From: an uncultured Collinsella sp.
GTDB taxonomy: Bacteria; Actinomycetota; Coriobacteriia; Coriobacteriales; Coriobacteriaceae
Assembly: GCA_905210085.1 (NCBI GenBank)
Contig: CAJLVJ010000001.1
Location: 95,689 to 159,688 of the forward strand
DNA length: 64,000 bases
Reading direction: 5' to 3'
A program made the translations under genes and the position numbers. Numbering within the stretch: the stretch's first letter is position 1; each line of letters begins with the position of its first letter. Of the stretch, positions 44,567 to 53,658 are shown piece after piece. The notes below the pieces were generated by a model. It was given only the letters and a program-made list of their open reading frames with translations. It did no database searches and was not told where the DNA came from.

Positions 44567-46210
44567 TCACGCCCTATAGAACACGTTGTCGGCAAAGAAG
44601 TCGGCCGGGGACTCCATGCAGGCAATCTCGCCGTCAAACATCATGGCGACGTCGTCGGCTACCTGCTCGGCAAAGTCCAAATCGTGCGTAGCCATGATGA
44701 CGGTGCCGCCAGCCTTCGCATGGTCACGCAGGGCGCGGGCGATGGTGCGGCGGCTGAACAGGTCTAGACCCTTGGTGGGCTCATCGAGCAATAGCAGTTC
44801 GGGGCCGATTAGCAGCAGTTTTGCCAATGCAAGCAGTTGACGCTGCCCGCCCGAAAGATCGTACGGATGGCGTCCATCCAGACCCGACAACCCCAAGCTC
44901 GCCGCACGCTCCCGCGCCAAGTTCTCGTCATATCCGCAGGTCGAGGCCCATTCCATCAGCTCATCGCGAACCGTCTCGGCAACCAGCAATGCTTTGGGAT
45001 TCTGAGGCAGCAGCGCCGCCGAGGCCGCTCCGCGCACCATGCGGCCGCGCTGCAGCTTGGCGGTCTTCGCCAGCACCGAGAGTATCGTCGACTTACCGCA
45101 TCCGTTGCCGCCCACGATCGCATGCACCGCACCGGCCGAAAACGCCACGTCGAGCCCGCGCAGCACCCAACCGCCCGCGCGATCGTAGCGAAACCAGCCT
45201 TCCGACAGGGTGGTAGCCGACCCGCCGTGCATTTTTTGGAGTATTCTGCTTCCATCCGTGCGCGGGAAGGCTTCCGAGCCATTCTCGAGCGACGTTTGCG
45301 CCACAAATTCGGACGATTTGTCCAATTCTGAACTTTTTTTCGCGCTCGATACGTCCCCGGGCGGCTCCAGAGAGCCCAAATTGTCCTCACGCCTGCTGAA
45401 TACTCCGTTTTTTGCACATCGGATGGCACCCCACCCCAACATGTCATCGGAAAACAGCGATTCTCGGCGTCCCAAAGAAGCCATATCCGCCACCTCGCGC
45501 ACGCGACCGTCCTCAATCCGGTACGCACGCGTCGCGTATTCGAGCATTGGGCGCGGCTGATGCGTCGCCACAACAACCGTGCAGCCCAGCTCGCGATTCA
45601 CACGAAACAGCGCGTGCAGGAAATTCTTCTCAGCAACGGGATCGAGCTGAGACGTGGGCTCGTCGAGCAGCAGCACGCGCGGGCGTAATGCCAGCACAGC
45701 CGCCAGCGACAGCAGCTGTTTGCGTCCGCCCGAAAGCGTATCGGTGTCGCGGTGGAGCCAATCTTCCAGCCCAAAGAAATAGCTGGTCTCAGATACGCGA
45801 CGGCGCATCTCATCACGCGCTAGCCCCAAGTTTTCCAGACCAAACGCCATCTCGTGCCACACGGTCTCGCACACGATCTGGTTCTCGGGGTCCTGAAACA
45901 CATAACCCACGCGCTCCGCCGATGCCCGCACGTCCATGTCGGCAACGTTCTCGCCCAGCACGCGCGGCTCGCCGGAGAGCGTACCCGCCGGCGCGATCTC
46001 GGGCTTGAGCAGCGACAGCAGCGTCGACTTGCCCGAACCGGTACCGCCAACAAGCAGCGCAAATGCACCTTGGGGAACAGACCAGTCGAGCCCCTCGAGC
46101 ACCGCAGCATCAGTATCGGGGTAGGCAAAGCTCAGGCTCCGCACCTCAATCGCCGGCATATCCGGGCCGCACGCCGCGCCCGACACCGGGCCCCTATCCA
46201 ACCGAGCCAT
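44567..46210 (-). CDS. ECF-transporter ATPase, fused double ABC domain (EcfA-EcfA')
   Basis: Two Walker A motifs (GGTGSGKST, GGNGCGKST) and two signatures (LSGGRKQ, LSGGQRQ) are present. The two domains are joined by a Ser/Glu-rich linker. Confidence 0.85.
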   Translation of the reverse strand: MARLDRGPVSGAACGPDMPAIEVRSLSFAYPDTDAAVLEGLDWSVPQGAFALLVGGTGSGKSTLLSLLKPEIAPAGTLSGEPRVLGENVADMDVRASAERVGYVFQDPENQIVCETVWHEMAFGLENLGLARDEMRRRVSETSYFFGLEDWLHRDTDTLSGGRKQLLSLAAVLALRPRVLLLDEPTSQLDPVAEKNFLHALFRVNRELGCTVVVATHQPRPMLEYATRAYRIEDGRVREVADMASLGRRESLFSDDMLGWGAIRCAKNGVFSRREDNLGSLEPPGDVSSAKKSSELDKSSEFVAQTSLENGSEAFPRTDGSRILQKMHGGSATTLSEGWFRYDRAGGWVLRGLDVAFSAGAVHAIVGGNGCGKSTILSVLAKTAKLQRGRMVRGAASAALLPQNPKALLVAETVRDELMEWASTCGYDENLARERAASLGLSGLDGRHPYDLSGGQRQLLALAKLLLIGPELLLLDEPTKGLDLFSRRTIARALRDHAKAGGTVIMATHDLDFAEQVADDVAMMFDGEIACMESPADFFADNVFYRA

Positions 46211-47046
46211 CAGCCAAACCTCTTCTCATCAATCGCGTGCAACGTGCAAGGCAGCACCATCCAGGCAGCGTACACAACATAGCCCGGCCACGGCGCCGGC
46301 ACCGAGAGCTGCGGATAAAACGAATACTGCGTCGTCGCGGTCCACGCCACCGCCACCGCGGCGGCGCCAAACAGCGCAAGCCCAACCAGCGCGGCAACAT
46401 CGCCGCGCCCCAGCCGATACCGCGCATACGTCGTTCGACGCGTCGCGGCGCCCCACCCACGGGAGCGCATGGCGTCCGCGCGCTCCAGCGAATCTTCCAT
46501 GCCCCAGCCCATCAACACGCTCGACGCCCGCAGGCGCGATCGCACGGGATCGGTGGGCGCGCGGCCCGGCACATCAATCGCATCCTGCACCGCCAGCACC
46601 GTACGACCGCGGCGTAAAAACTGCGGGATAAGCCTCATGCACATCGAGATCATGAGCGCAATCACCGGTGCGGCATTGCCCAGCAGCGCGAGCACCTTGT
46701 CGTATTCGAGCATCGACGCCGCGGCCTCAAACCACAGCACGCTCGCCACAAACAGCCCGCCCATGCACAGGCCATATACCATGCTCTCCAGATACACCGC
46801 GCACATGCCAATACGGAACAGCTCCGTCGAGCCCGAGGCGCTAAACAGCGGATTGACCAGCGCGATAATCAAAATCACCGGCAGCTGCCAGCGGAGTGCG
46901 CCCAGCGTGCGGGCAGCCCCGCGCGTCGCAAATCCATACGCCAGCCCGCCCGCAAGTGACAGCGCAATCAGCACCGGCTGCATCGAGAACATGGTGAGCC
47001 CCAGCGTCAGCACCATGTAGAGGGCCGGCACAGCCGGATGCGACAT
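46210..47046 (-). CDS. ECF-transporter transmembrane (T) component, EcfT/CbiQ family
   Basis: It is hydrophobic, with the Arg-containing coupling region (ADAMRSRGW) typical of EcfT. The start is uncertain; I chose MSHPAVPALYM, and the ORF stays open upstream to 47268. Confidence 0.7.
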   Translation of the reverse strand: MSHPAVPALYMVLTLGLTMFSMQPVLIALSLAGGLAYGFATRGAARTLGALRWQLPVILIIALVNPLFSASGSTELFRIGMCAVYLESMVYGLCMGGLFVASVLWFEAAASMLEYDKVLALLGNAAPVIALMISMCMRLIPQFLRRGRTVLAVQDAIDVPGRAPTDPVRSRLRASSVLMGWGMEDSLERADAMRSRGWGAATRRTTYARYRLGRGDVAALVGLALFGAAAVAVAWTATTQYSFYPQLSVPAPWPGYVVYAAWMVLPCTLHAIDEKRFG

Positions 47047-47296
47047 CGAGAATGCCGCGACGGGCTCGCCGCCAAACTCCTCTTGTATGTTGTCCACGGG
47101 CACCCCCGTCCCCTCGCTCAAACGACAGCTCCGCAGCACCGCCAACGCCGCACGCAAGCAGCGCAAACGCCACGCCGGCGGCACCGACATCGGCCGCCAT
47201 GAGCCAATCGCTACGCGCTCAACATATGCCTGCGGTATCATATTGCGCCGTGTATCGTTTCCAAACACACGTCTCTATAACGTAACAGGAGATCAC

Positions 47297-48709
47297 ATGG
47301 ACGCAACCGCAATTATCCTCGCTGCCGGCGAGGGCACCCGCATGAAGTCGAACCACTGCAAGGTTTCGCACAAGATCCTGGGTAAGCCCATGGTTCAGTG
47401 GATCGTCGACGCCACCATCAAGGCCGGCTGCAGCCGCGTCGTGGTCGTCATCGGCAGCCACGCCGACGAGATGCGCGCCCTTATCGACGGCGCCTACGCC
47501 AGCAGCGCCACCAAGGTCGAGTGCGTCGAGCAGACCGAGCGCCTGGGCACCGGTCACGCCGTGAAGGTCGCGCTCGAGGCCTGCGGCATCACGCAAGGCC
47601 CGGTCGTCGTGCTCAACGGCGACTTGCCGCTCATCACCGCCGACACCGTCGCCAAGTTCGCGCAGACCGTCGCCACCGGCGAGCTCGCCTGCACCGTCAT
47701 GACCATGACCCCGCCCGATCCTTTTGGCTACGGCCGCATCAAGCTGGGTGCCGATGGTCAGATCGAGCGCATCATCGAGCAGAAGGACTGCACGCCCGAG
47801 CAGGCCGCCACGCTGCTCGAGTGCAACGCCGGCTGCTACGCCTTCGACGGCGCGCAGCTCGCCGCCCACATTAACGAGATCGGCAACGACAACGCGCAAT
47901 CCGAGTACTACCTGCCCGACATGCTCGAGATCCTCAAAGGCCATGGTCAGGCAGTCTCCATCTTCCACTGCGACGACTACCGCGACGGCCTGGGCGTCAA
48001 CAGCCGCATCCAGCTCGCGCAGCTCACCGCCATCGCGCGCGACCGCATCAACGAGCACTGGATGGCCGAGGGCGTCACGTTCATCGATCCCACGCAGGCC
48101 TGGATCGGTCCCGACGCTACCATCGGCCGCGACACCGTCGTGTGGCCGCAGACGCATCTGATCGGCCACGTCACCGTGGGCGAGGAGTGCCAGCTCGGCC
48201 CCAACAGCCGCCTCACCGACACCACCGTCGGCAGCGGCTGCATCATCGATGAGACCATCGCCATCGAGGCCGCCATCGAGAACGGCGTCGACTGCGGCCC
48301 GCGCGCCTACCTGCGCCCGGGCACCCACATGCTCGACGGCTCCAAGGCCGGCACGCATGTGGAGATCAAGAAGTCCACGATCGGCGAGGGCTCCAAGGTG
48401 CCGCACCTGTCCTACATCGGCGACACCACCATGGGCTCCGGCGTCAACGTGGGCGCGGGCTCTATCACCTGCAACTACGACGGCGTCCACAAGCACAAGA
48501 CCGTCATCGGCAAGGATGCCTTCATCGGTTCCGACACCATGATGGTCGCGCCCGCCCAGATCGGCGACGGCGCGCTCGTGGCCGCCGGCTCCGTCATCAC
48601 CGAGCCGGTCCCGGCCGACGCACTTGGCCTGGGTCGTGCCCGTCAGGTAAACATTGAGGGCTGGGCCGCCGATTATCGCCGCCGTCTGCACGAGGACGAC
48701 GAGGTATAA
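47297..48709 (+). CDS. glmU: Bifunctional UDP-N-acetylglucosamine pyrophosphorylase / glucosamine-1-phosphate N-acetyltransferase
   Basis: The N-terminal motif AIILAAGEGTRMKS is followed by C-terminal hexapeptide repeats. The ATG at 47297 comes after AGGAG. Confidence 0.9.
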   Translation: MDATAIILAAGEGTRMKSNHCKVSHKILGKPMVQWIVDATIKAGCSRVVVVIGSHADEMRALIDGAYASSATKVECVEQTERLGTGHAVKVALEACGITQGPVVVLNGDLPLITADTVAKFAQTVATGELACTVMTMTPPDPFGYGRIKLGADGQIERIIEQKDCTPEQAATLLECNAGCYAFDGAQLAAHINEIGNDNAQSEYYLPDMLEILKGHGQAVSIFHCDDYRDGLGVNSRIQLAQLTAIARDRINEHWMAEGVTFIDPTQAWIGPDATIGRDTVVWPQTHLIGHVTVGEECQLGPNSRLTDTTVGSGCIIDETIAIEAAIENGVDCGPRAYLRPGTHMLDGSKAGTHVEIKKSTIGEGSKVPHLSYIGDTTMGSGVNVGAGSITCNYDGVHKHKTVIGKDAFIGSDTMMVAPAQIGDGALVAAGSVITEPVPADALGLGRARQVNIEGWAADYRRRLHEDDEV

Positions 48710-48902
48710 CGTTTTACCAAGCATCTAAGGAGCTGTTCCCATGGGGGCGGCTCCTTTTTCTATCGTGACCTGCGCAACCGGATGAGTGGTCGGTTCGTGT
48801 CCGTTGACGGTAAAGACGTTATCAAGACTCGATAAACCCCGTTGCGCGGTTACAATGCAAAAAGGCATCTATATGGCATTCGATATATAAAGGAGAAGGG
48901 TA

Positions 48903-49889
48903 ATGCCGATTAATGATCCCGAGAAGTCGGAGAATATGCGCAAGTCCATCCGCGTGTATTCCGGTTCCTCCAACCGTCCCCTCGCTCAGAAGATTGCTGA
49001 GTACCTTGGGGTCGAGCTTTCGGGCCTTACGCTAAAGCAGTTCGCCAATGGTGAGATTTACGCCCGCTACGACGAGACCGTCCGCGGCGCCGACGTCTTC
49101 CTGATTCAGTCCGTGGCCGGCGGCAACGTCAACGACATGCTCATGGAGCTGCTCATCGCCACCGACGCTGCCAAGCGCGCATCCGCCCGCTCCATCACTG
49201 CCGTTATCACCCACTACGGCTATGCCCGCCAGGACCGCAAGGCCGGCCCGCGTGAGCCCATCACCGCCCGCCTCGTCGCCAACCTGCTCGAGCGCGCCGG
49301 CGTCAACCGCATCATCACCCTCGACCTGCACCAGGGCCAGATCCAGGGCTTCTTCGATATCCCGGTTAACCACCTGTCCGCGCTGCCGCTGTTTGGCCAG
49401 TACTACAACGACATGCACTTCGACACCGACAACCTGGTTGTCGTCTCCCCCGATGTGGGCCGCGCCAAGGCCGCCAAGAAGCTGTCCGACATGCTCGGCT
49501 GCGACCTGGCCATCGCCCACAAGGGCCGTCCGCGCCACAACGCCGCCGAGGTCATGGGCATCATCGGTGACATCAAGGGCAAGACCTGCATCATCAACGA
49601 CGACATGATCGACACCGCAGGCACCCTGTGCGCCAACGTCAAGGAGCTCAAGGCTATGGGCGCCGGCGACATCTACGTATGCGCCACCCACGGCATCTTC
49701 TCCGGTCCGGCCATCGAGCGTCTGAACGACGCCCCGATCGTCGAGTGCCTCGTCACCGACGCCATTCCCGTCGAGGTCGGCGGCAAGATCAAGACCATCT
49801 CGGTCGCCGAGGAGTTCGCTCAGGCCATCTCCGCCGTTTACCACGAGGAGCCCGTCTCCACGCTCGTCGGCGGCGATTTCGCGCTGTAG
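48903..49889 (+). CDS. prs: Ribose-phosphate pyrophosphokinase
   Basis: The YARQDRK motif and the DLHQGQIQGFF and VVVSPDVG PRPP-binding regions are present. Confidence 0.9.
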   Translation: MPINDPEKSENMRKSIRVYSGSSNRPLAQKIAEYLGVELSGLTLKQFANGEIYARYDETVRGADVFLIQSVAGGNVNDMLMELLIATDAAKRASARSITAVITHYGYARQDRKAGPREPITARLVANLLERAGVNRIITLDLHQGQIQGFFDIPVNHLSALPLFGQYYNDMHFDTDNLVVVSPDVGRAKAAKKLSDMLGCDLAIAHKGRPRHNAAEVMGIIGDIKGKTCIINDDMIDTAGTLCANVKELKAMGAGDIYVCATHGIFSGPAIERLNDAPIVECLVTDAIPVEVGGKIKTISVAEEFAQAISAVYHEEPVSTLVGGDFAL

Positions 49890-49917
49890 CCTGCCGCGCA
49901 TCATCTTTGATGTTTTT

Positions 49918-49949
49918 AAAGGGTCGGAAGCGAGCTTCCGACCCTTTTT
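49918..49949 (+). terminator. Intrinsic terminator of prs
   Basis: The hairpin is AAAGGGTCGGAAGC-GA-GCTTCCGACCCTTTTTC. Confidence 0.8.
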
Positions 49950-49971
49950 CTATCCCTCGCCAACCTTCCCT

Positions 49972-50171
49972 GGACAATTAGTTCAGATACGTATTTTTTA
50001 AAGCTCCAAAGGGCCGTTCGGAGCCTTCTGAGCTCCCCGGCGGATGCCATGCCGCCCAAAGCTCATCTTTTTCGAGTACAACCGCCGCATCTTTACCCTC
50101 AAATCGCCCTCGAAGGCCCTTAGAAACGTCTCGAACGCCCGCCGCCTTATACGTATCTGAACTAACTGTCC
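49972..50171. mobile_element. MITE-like element L (200 bp) with 23-25-bp terminal inverted repeats
   Basis: GGACAATTAGTTCAGATACGTAT at 49972-49994 matches the reverse complement of 50149-50171 (GGACAGTTAGTTCAGATACGTAT), with one mismatch. Confidence 0.7.
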
Positions 50172-50335
50172 AGTAGCTATCGTCAACCTTCGCGGCAGAG
50201 CTCAATTTCCCGCAATCCCCTCAACCGATTCCACCGATTTCATAACACCCAGCCGTTCGTGGTGCGCAGCGCCCCGCTGAGCGAAAAGAACGGCATGGCG
50301 GTCGCATTCTGCCGCCAACTTAGTACGTTATAGCT

Positions 50336-51463
50336 ATGACGACCGTGATTTCACATTTCTCCGCCCTCCGCGCAATTCGTCGCGCACGACGGGCGTACTC
50401 TGCCCTACCCTGGGACTCCGTTGATAGCGAACAGCAAGCACAGGCCTTGGCTGGCTGCATTCCCAACAATGACGCGATAGACTTTGGCGCACTTTCGATA
50501 CTCGACGCCTGGAATGAAGATGATTCCGAACTGCTCGATCTTCTCGTTTCAAACGAAGACAACAGGCGCCCCGACAAGCGACTTCTTCAGCATATTCTCT
50601 CCGCTTCGCTTCCTGAAGGTGCAATTATGCGCGTCGAGGCCGACATCTACGCAACGTCTCCTGCCATGACAGCCATGCTTTGTTCCAAGAATGAATCAGT
50701 CGCCAAAACCTTGATGCTACTCATGGAACTGCTCGGAACCTACTCCCTTCCCCCCGGGGCAACATACCCCATTGCCTATGACGCCATCTGGCCCAAGGGC
50801 GATGACTGCGCAGCGACGGGCGATCTTGATTGCTTGGGCGACCAGTCGGCGACCGAACAACAGAACGAGACCCGCTACGAACAGGCACACTACAAATGCG
50901 AGCCCGCCACAACTATCGAAGAGCTCGAGGCGGTCGCACGCTTCGCCAAAAGTAGCTCATACACCTCGTTTCGCACGGCAGTCAATCTCGCCCGACCCGG
51001 ATCTGCATCCCCAGCCGAATCCCTAATGTTTGCCGTTCTCGGAGCGCCCATGCGCTTTGGCGGATTCGGATGTTGCAGCCTGCCCATGGGAGGCCTGCTA
51101 CTCAACTATCGAATCGACTTCGACACCCTTGCGGTCAACATGTCCTCGGGCATCCCCTATGCCATCTGTGACCTATATTGCCCGGCAGCCGGAGTCGACA
51201 ACGAATACAACGGAATTGGGCACGAGCTTCAAAACGCTCGCATCCACGATGGCAATCGAAATAATGGCCTCAAGGCAATGGGCATCCACGTCCTGGTTAT
51301 CAATCGCGACCAAATGAAAGACCTTGTTGCACTCGAAGCCTTCGCCCAAACGATGCATCGACTCGCGGGAGTCCGATTCCGATACCGTATCAAGGGCTAT
51401 CGCAAGCGTCAGGCCGCTTGGCTCAACGCCCTGCGGGCCGGAATCGGCCTTGCGCCGGTCTAA
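50336..51463 (+). CDS. Hypothetical protein with a C-terminal DUF559/Vsr-like endonuclease-fold region
   Basis: It is a 375-aa ORF in a visibly lower-GC segment. The C-terminal pattern ICDLYCPAAGVDNEYNGIGHE...HDGNRNNGLKAMGIHVLVI resembles the D...E.DG..H...D..R...L...G..V pattern of DUF559 proteins. That resemblance is from memory and unverified. Confidence 0.6.
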   Translation: MTTVISHFSALRAIRRARRAYSALPWDSVDSEQQAQALAGCIPNNDAIDFGALSILDAWNEDDSELLDLLVSNEDNRRPDKRLLQHILSASLPEGAIMRVEADIYATSPAMTAMLCSKNESVAKTLMLLMELLGTYSLPPGATYPIAYDAIWPKGDDCAATGDLDCLGDQSATEQQNETRYEQAHYKCEPATTIEELEAVARFAKSSSYTSFRTAVNLARPGSASPAESLMFAVLGAPMRFGGFGCCSLPMGGLLLNYRIDFDTLAVNMSSGIPYAICDLYCPAAGVDNEYNGIGHELQNARIHDGNRNNGLKAMGIHVLVINRDQMKDLVALEAFAQTMHRLAGVRFRYRIKGYRKRQAAWLNALRAGIGLAPV

Positions 51464-51497
51464 ACGGCGAATCACCCGTGCACCGTCGAGCAGGGCT

Positions 51498-51698
51498 GGA
51501 CAGTTAGTTCAAATACGTATAAATGGACACATTGAATTAGGCTGTTTTGCAGTTATCTCTATACCATTCGCCCGATTTGAAGGCAGGGTAGACTTCAAAA
51601 CAGCGTCATATGGACTAACTAAAGCTCCAAAACAACGTATCGGCATTGAATCGAGCAATTCGAGGTCTCAGAACTTATACGTATCCGAACTAACTGTC
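51498..51698. mobile_element. MITE-like element R (201 bp), same TIR family as element L
   Basis: GGACAGTTAGTTCAAATACGTAT at 51498-51520 matches the reverse complement of 51676-51698 (GGACAGTTAGTTCGGATACGTAT). Confidence 0.7.
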
Positions 51699-51807
51699 CA
51701 CCTCGATTTCGACGGCCGTCCAAACGCCCTCAAATAACCTCAATTGCCCTCCATTTGACAGCGGCAACAGGGTCGCTCACCATAGCAGGCGACAAATCAA
51801 CGAAAGG

Positions 51808-52443
51808 ATGAACATGGCAGCTGCACAGCCGCTTAAGATTCGCATGGTTGCCGGACTTGGCAACCCTGGCGAGGAATATGCCGAGACCCGTCACAACGCT
51901 GGTTTCAAAGCAATCGACGAGCTGGCCCGTCAGGCCGGCGTCACGTACTGGAAAAACCAAGCAGGCGCCGAGATCGCGCTCATCAACATCAACGATCCCG
52001 AGGAAGAGGGCGGCAAGCGCCAGATTGTACTGGTCAAGCCGCAGTCGTACATGAACACCTCGGGCGGGCCCATCTCCAAACTCTGCCGCGAGTACAAGAT
52101 CAAGGCCGAGGAGCTGCTCGTCATCCACGACGAGCTCGATATTCCCGCCGGCGACGTGCGTGTTAAGGTGGGCGGCGGCCATGCCGGTCACAACGGCCTG
52201 CGTTCCATCATCGATAAGATGGGCAGCCGCGACTTCAGCCGCATCCGCACCGGCATCGGCAACCCTCCCGGCAAGATGGCCGTCGCCGACTACGTGCTTA
52301 AGCAGCTGCGCGCCCGCGAGGCCGAGGATTTCCAGGACACCTGCGCCCGCGCGGCCGACGCCGCCGGCCTGGCGATTGTGCACGGCGTAGTCTATGCTCG
52401 CGACCATGTCAACGGCGCCGCCTCCGCCAACGGCAAGCACTAA
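51808..52443 (+). CDS. pth: Peptidyl-tRNA hydrolase
   Basis: GLGNPGEEYAETRHNAGF and HDELD...GGHAGHNGLRS motifs are present. Confidence 0.9.
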   Translation: MNMAAAQPLKIRMVAGLGNPGEEYAETRHNAGFKAIDELARQAGVTYWKNQAGAEIALININDPEEEGGKRQIVLVKPQSYMNTSGGPISKLCREYKIKAEELLVIHDELDIPAGDVRVKVGGGHAGHNGLRSIIDKMGSRDFSRIRTGIGNPPGKMAVADYVLKQLRAREAEDFQDTCARAADAAGLAIVHGVVYARDHVNGAASANGKH

Positions 52444-52646
52444 AACCTACTATTTAGGGACAGGGTTATTTTGGCAGGTTTTATCTACGGAAACGCCATG
52501 ACAGCCGCGCCGTAATAAACCCTGTGCCGCCATACATATGCAGCGCTCCAAAAGGGGCCGGCCTCACCGATGCGCGAGGCCGGCCCCCCTTTGCCGTTTT
52601 GCCTGATAAAACCGACCAAAATAAACCTGTCCCTATTTGGTAGGCC
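52441..52646. repeat. Inverted pair of family-3 43-nt units flanking the pth terminator hairpin
   Basis: The unit TAAAACCT-N6-TAGGGACAGGGTTATTTTGGCAGGTTTTA lies at 52441-52483, with a reverse-oriented, slightly degenerate copy at 52607-52646. The GC hairpin GGGGCCGGCCTC...GAGGCCGGCCCC lies at 52554-52587. Confidence 0.7.
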
Positions 52647-52818
52647 GAAGTGGATAAACCCTTTTCCCACCTGCCAAAGAAACACGTAAGCGACGTTGCC
52701 ATGAGGGTATAATTTGCACCGTATGTCTGCACAACGCCTGTGCACGTACGGTTTTACTCGGGCTACCGTCCATTTCCGTGGAGGCACGGTTCGGCGGCCC
52801 TAACAAGAGAGGGGTTCT

Positions 52819-53658
52819 ATGTATAAGATCCTGGAGAAGACGCAGTTCTCGGAGAAGGTGTTCAAGTTCCGCATCGAGGCGCCCGCAATCGCCAAGCATG
52901 CGCACGCTGGACAGTTCCTCATGGTCCGCGCCAACGAGACGGGCGAGCGCGTCCCGTTTACCCTGGCCGGCTGGAACGGTGACGAGGGCTGGGTCGAGTT
53001 CATCTTCATGGTGATCGGCAAGACCACCGAGATGCTGTCCACCTACGAGGCCGGCGAGTCGCTGCGCGACGTCGTGGGCCCGCTGGGCGTTCCCACCGAG
53101 ATGGCCGAGGGCCCCTGCGCCGTCATTGGTGGCGGCGTCGGCCTGGCAATTGCCTTCCCGGTCGCCAAGCACCTGGTCGAGACCGGTCACGAGGTGCATG
53201 CCATCATGGGCGCCCGCACCAAGGACCTCCTGCTCATGGAGGACCAGTTCCGCGAGCTCCTCGACGAGGACCACATCCACATCACCACTGACGACGGTTC
53301 CTACGGCGAGCAGGGCGTTGTCACCGCTCCGCTGGAGCGCCTGCTGCAGGACAAGGCCGTGAGCCAGGTCTTCTGCGTCGGCCCCGTTCCGATGATGAAG
53401 TTCTCGACCCTCACCGCCCAGAAGTACGACACCCCCATCACCGCGTCGCTCAACCCCATCATGGTTGACGGCACCGGTATGTGCGGCTGCTGCCGCGTCG
53501 AGGTGGGCGGCGTGACCAAGTTCGCTTGCGTCGACGGCCCCGACTTCGATGCCACCCTGGTCGACTGGGATGACCTTCGTGCCCGCCAGGCCGCTTACCG
53601 TTCCGAAGAGGGCGAGTCCCTCAAGGCCTATGAGGAAAAGAGCTGCGCATGCCACTAG
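52819..53658 (+). CDS. nfnA: Sulfide/dihydroorotate dehydrogenase-like FAD/NAD-binding subunit (NfnA-type)
   Basis: It has a ferredoxin-reductase-type fold with a C-terminal 2Fe-2S motif (CGCCRV...FACVDGPDF). It overlaps the start of the GltD-like partner gene. Confidence 0.75.
   Translation: MYKILEKTQFSEKVFKFRIEAPAIAKHAHAGQFLMVRANETGERVPFTLAGWNGDEGWVEFIFMVIGKTTEMLSTYEAGESLRDVVGPLGVPTEMAEGPCAVIGGGVGLAIAFPVAKHLVETGHEVHAIMGARTKDLLLMEDQFRELLDEDHIHITTDDGSYGEQGVVTAPLERLLQDKAVSQVFCVGPVPMMKFSTLTAQKYDTPITASLNPIMVDGTGMCGCCRVEVGGVTKFACVDGPDFDATLVDWDDLRARQAAYRSEEGESLKAYEEKSCACH

Noticed and set aside
49978-50205. The 75-aa ORF on the minus strand as a gene, for example a small toxin or antitoxin.
   Set aside because: It lies almost entirely inside MITE-like element L, and both of its ends are formed by the terminal inverted repeats. 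It has no ribosome-binding site and its composition is repeat-derived.
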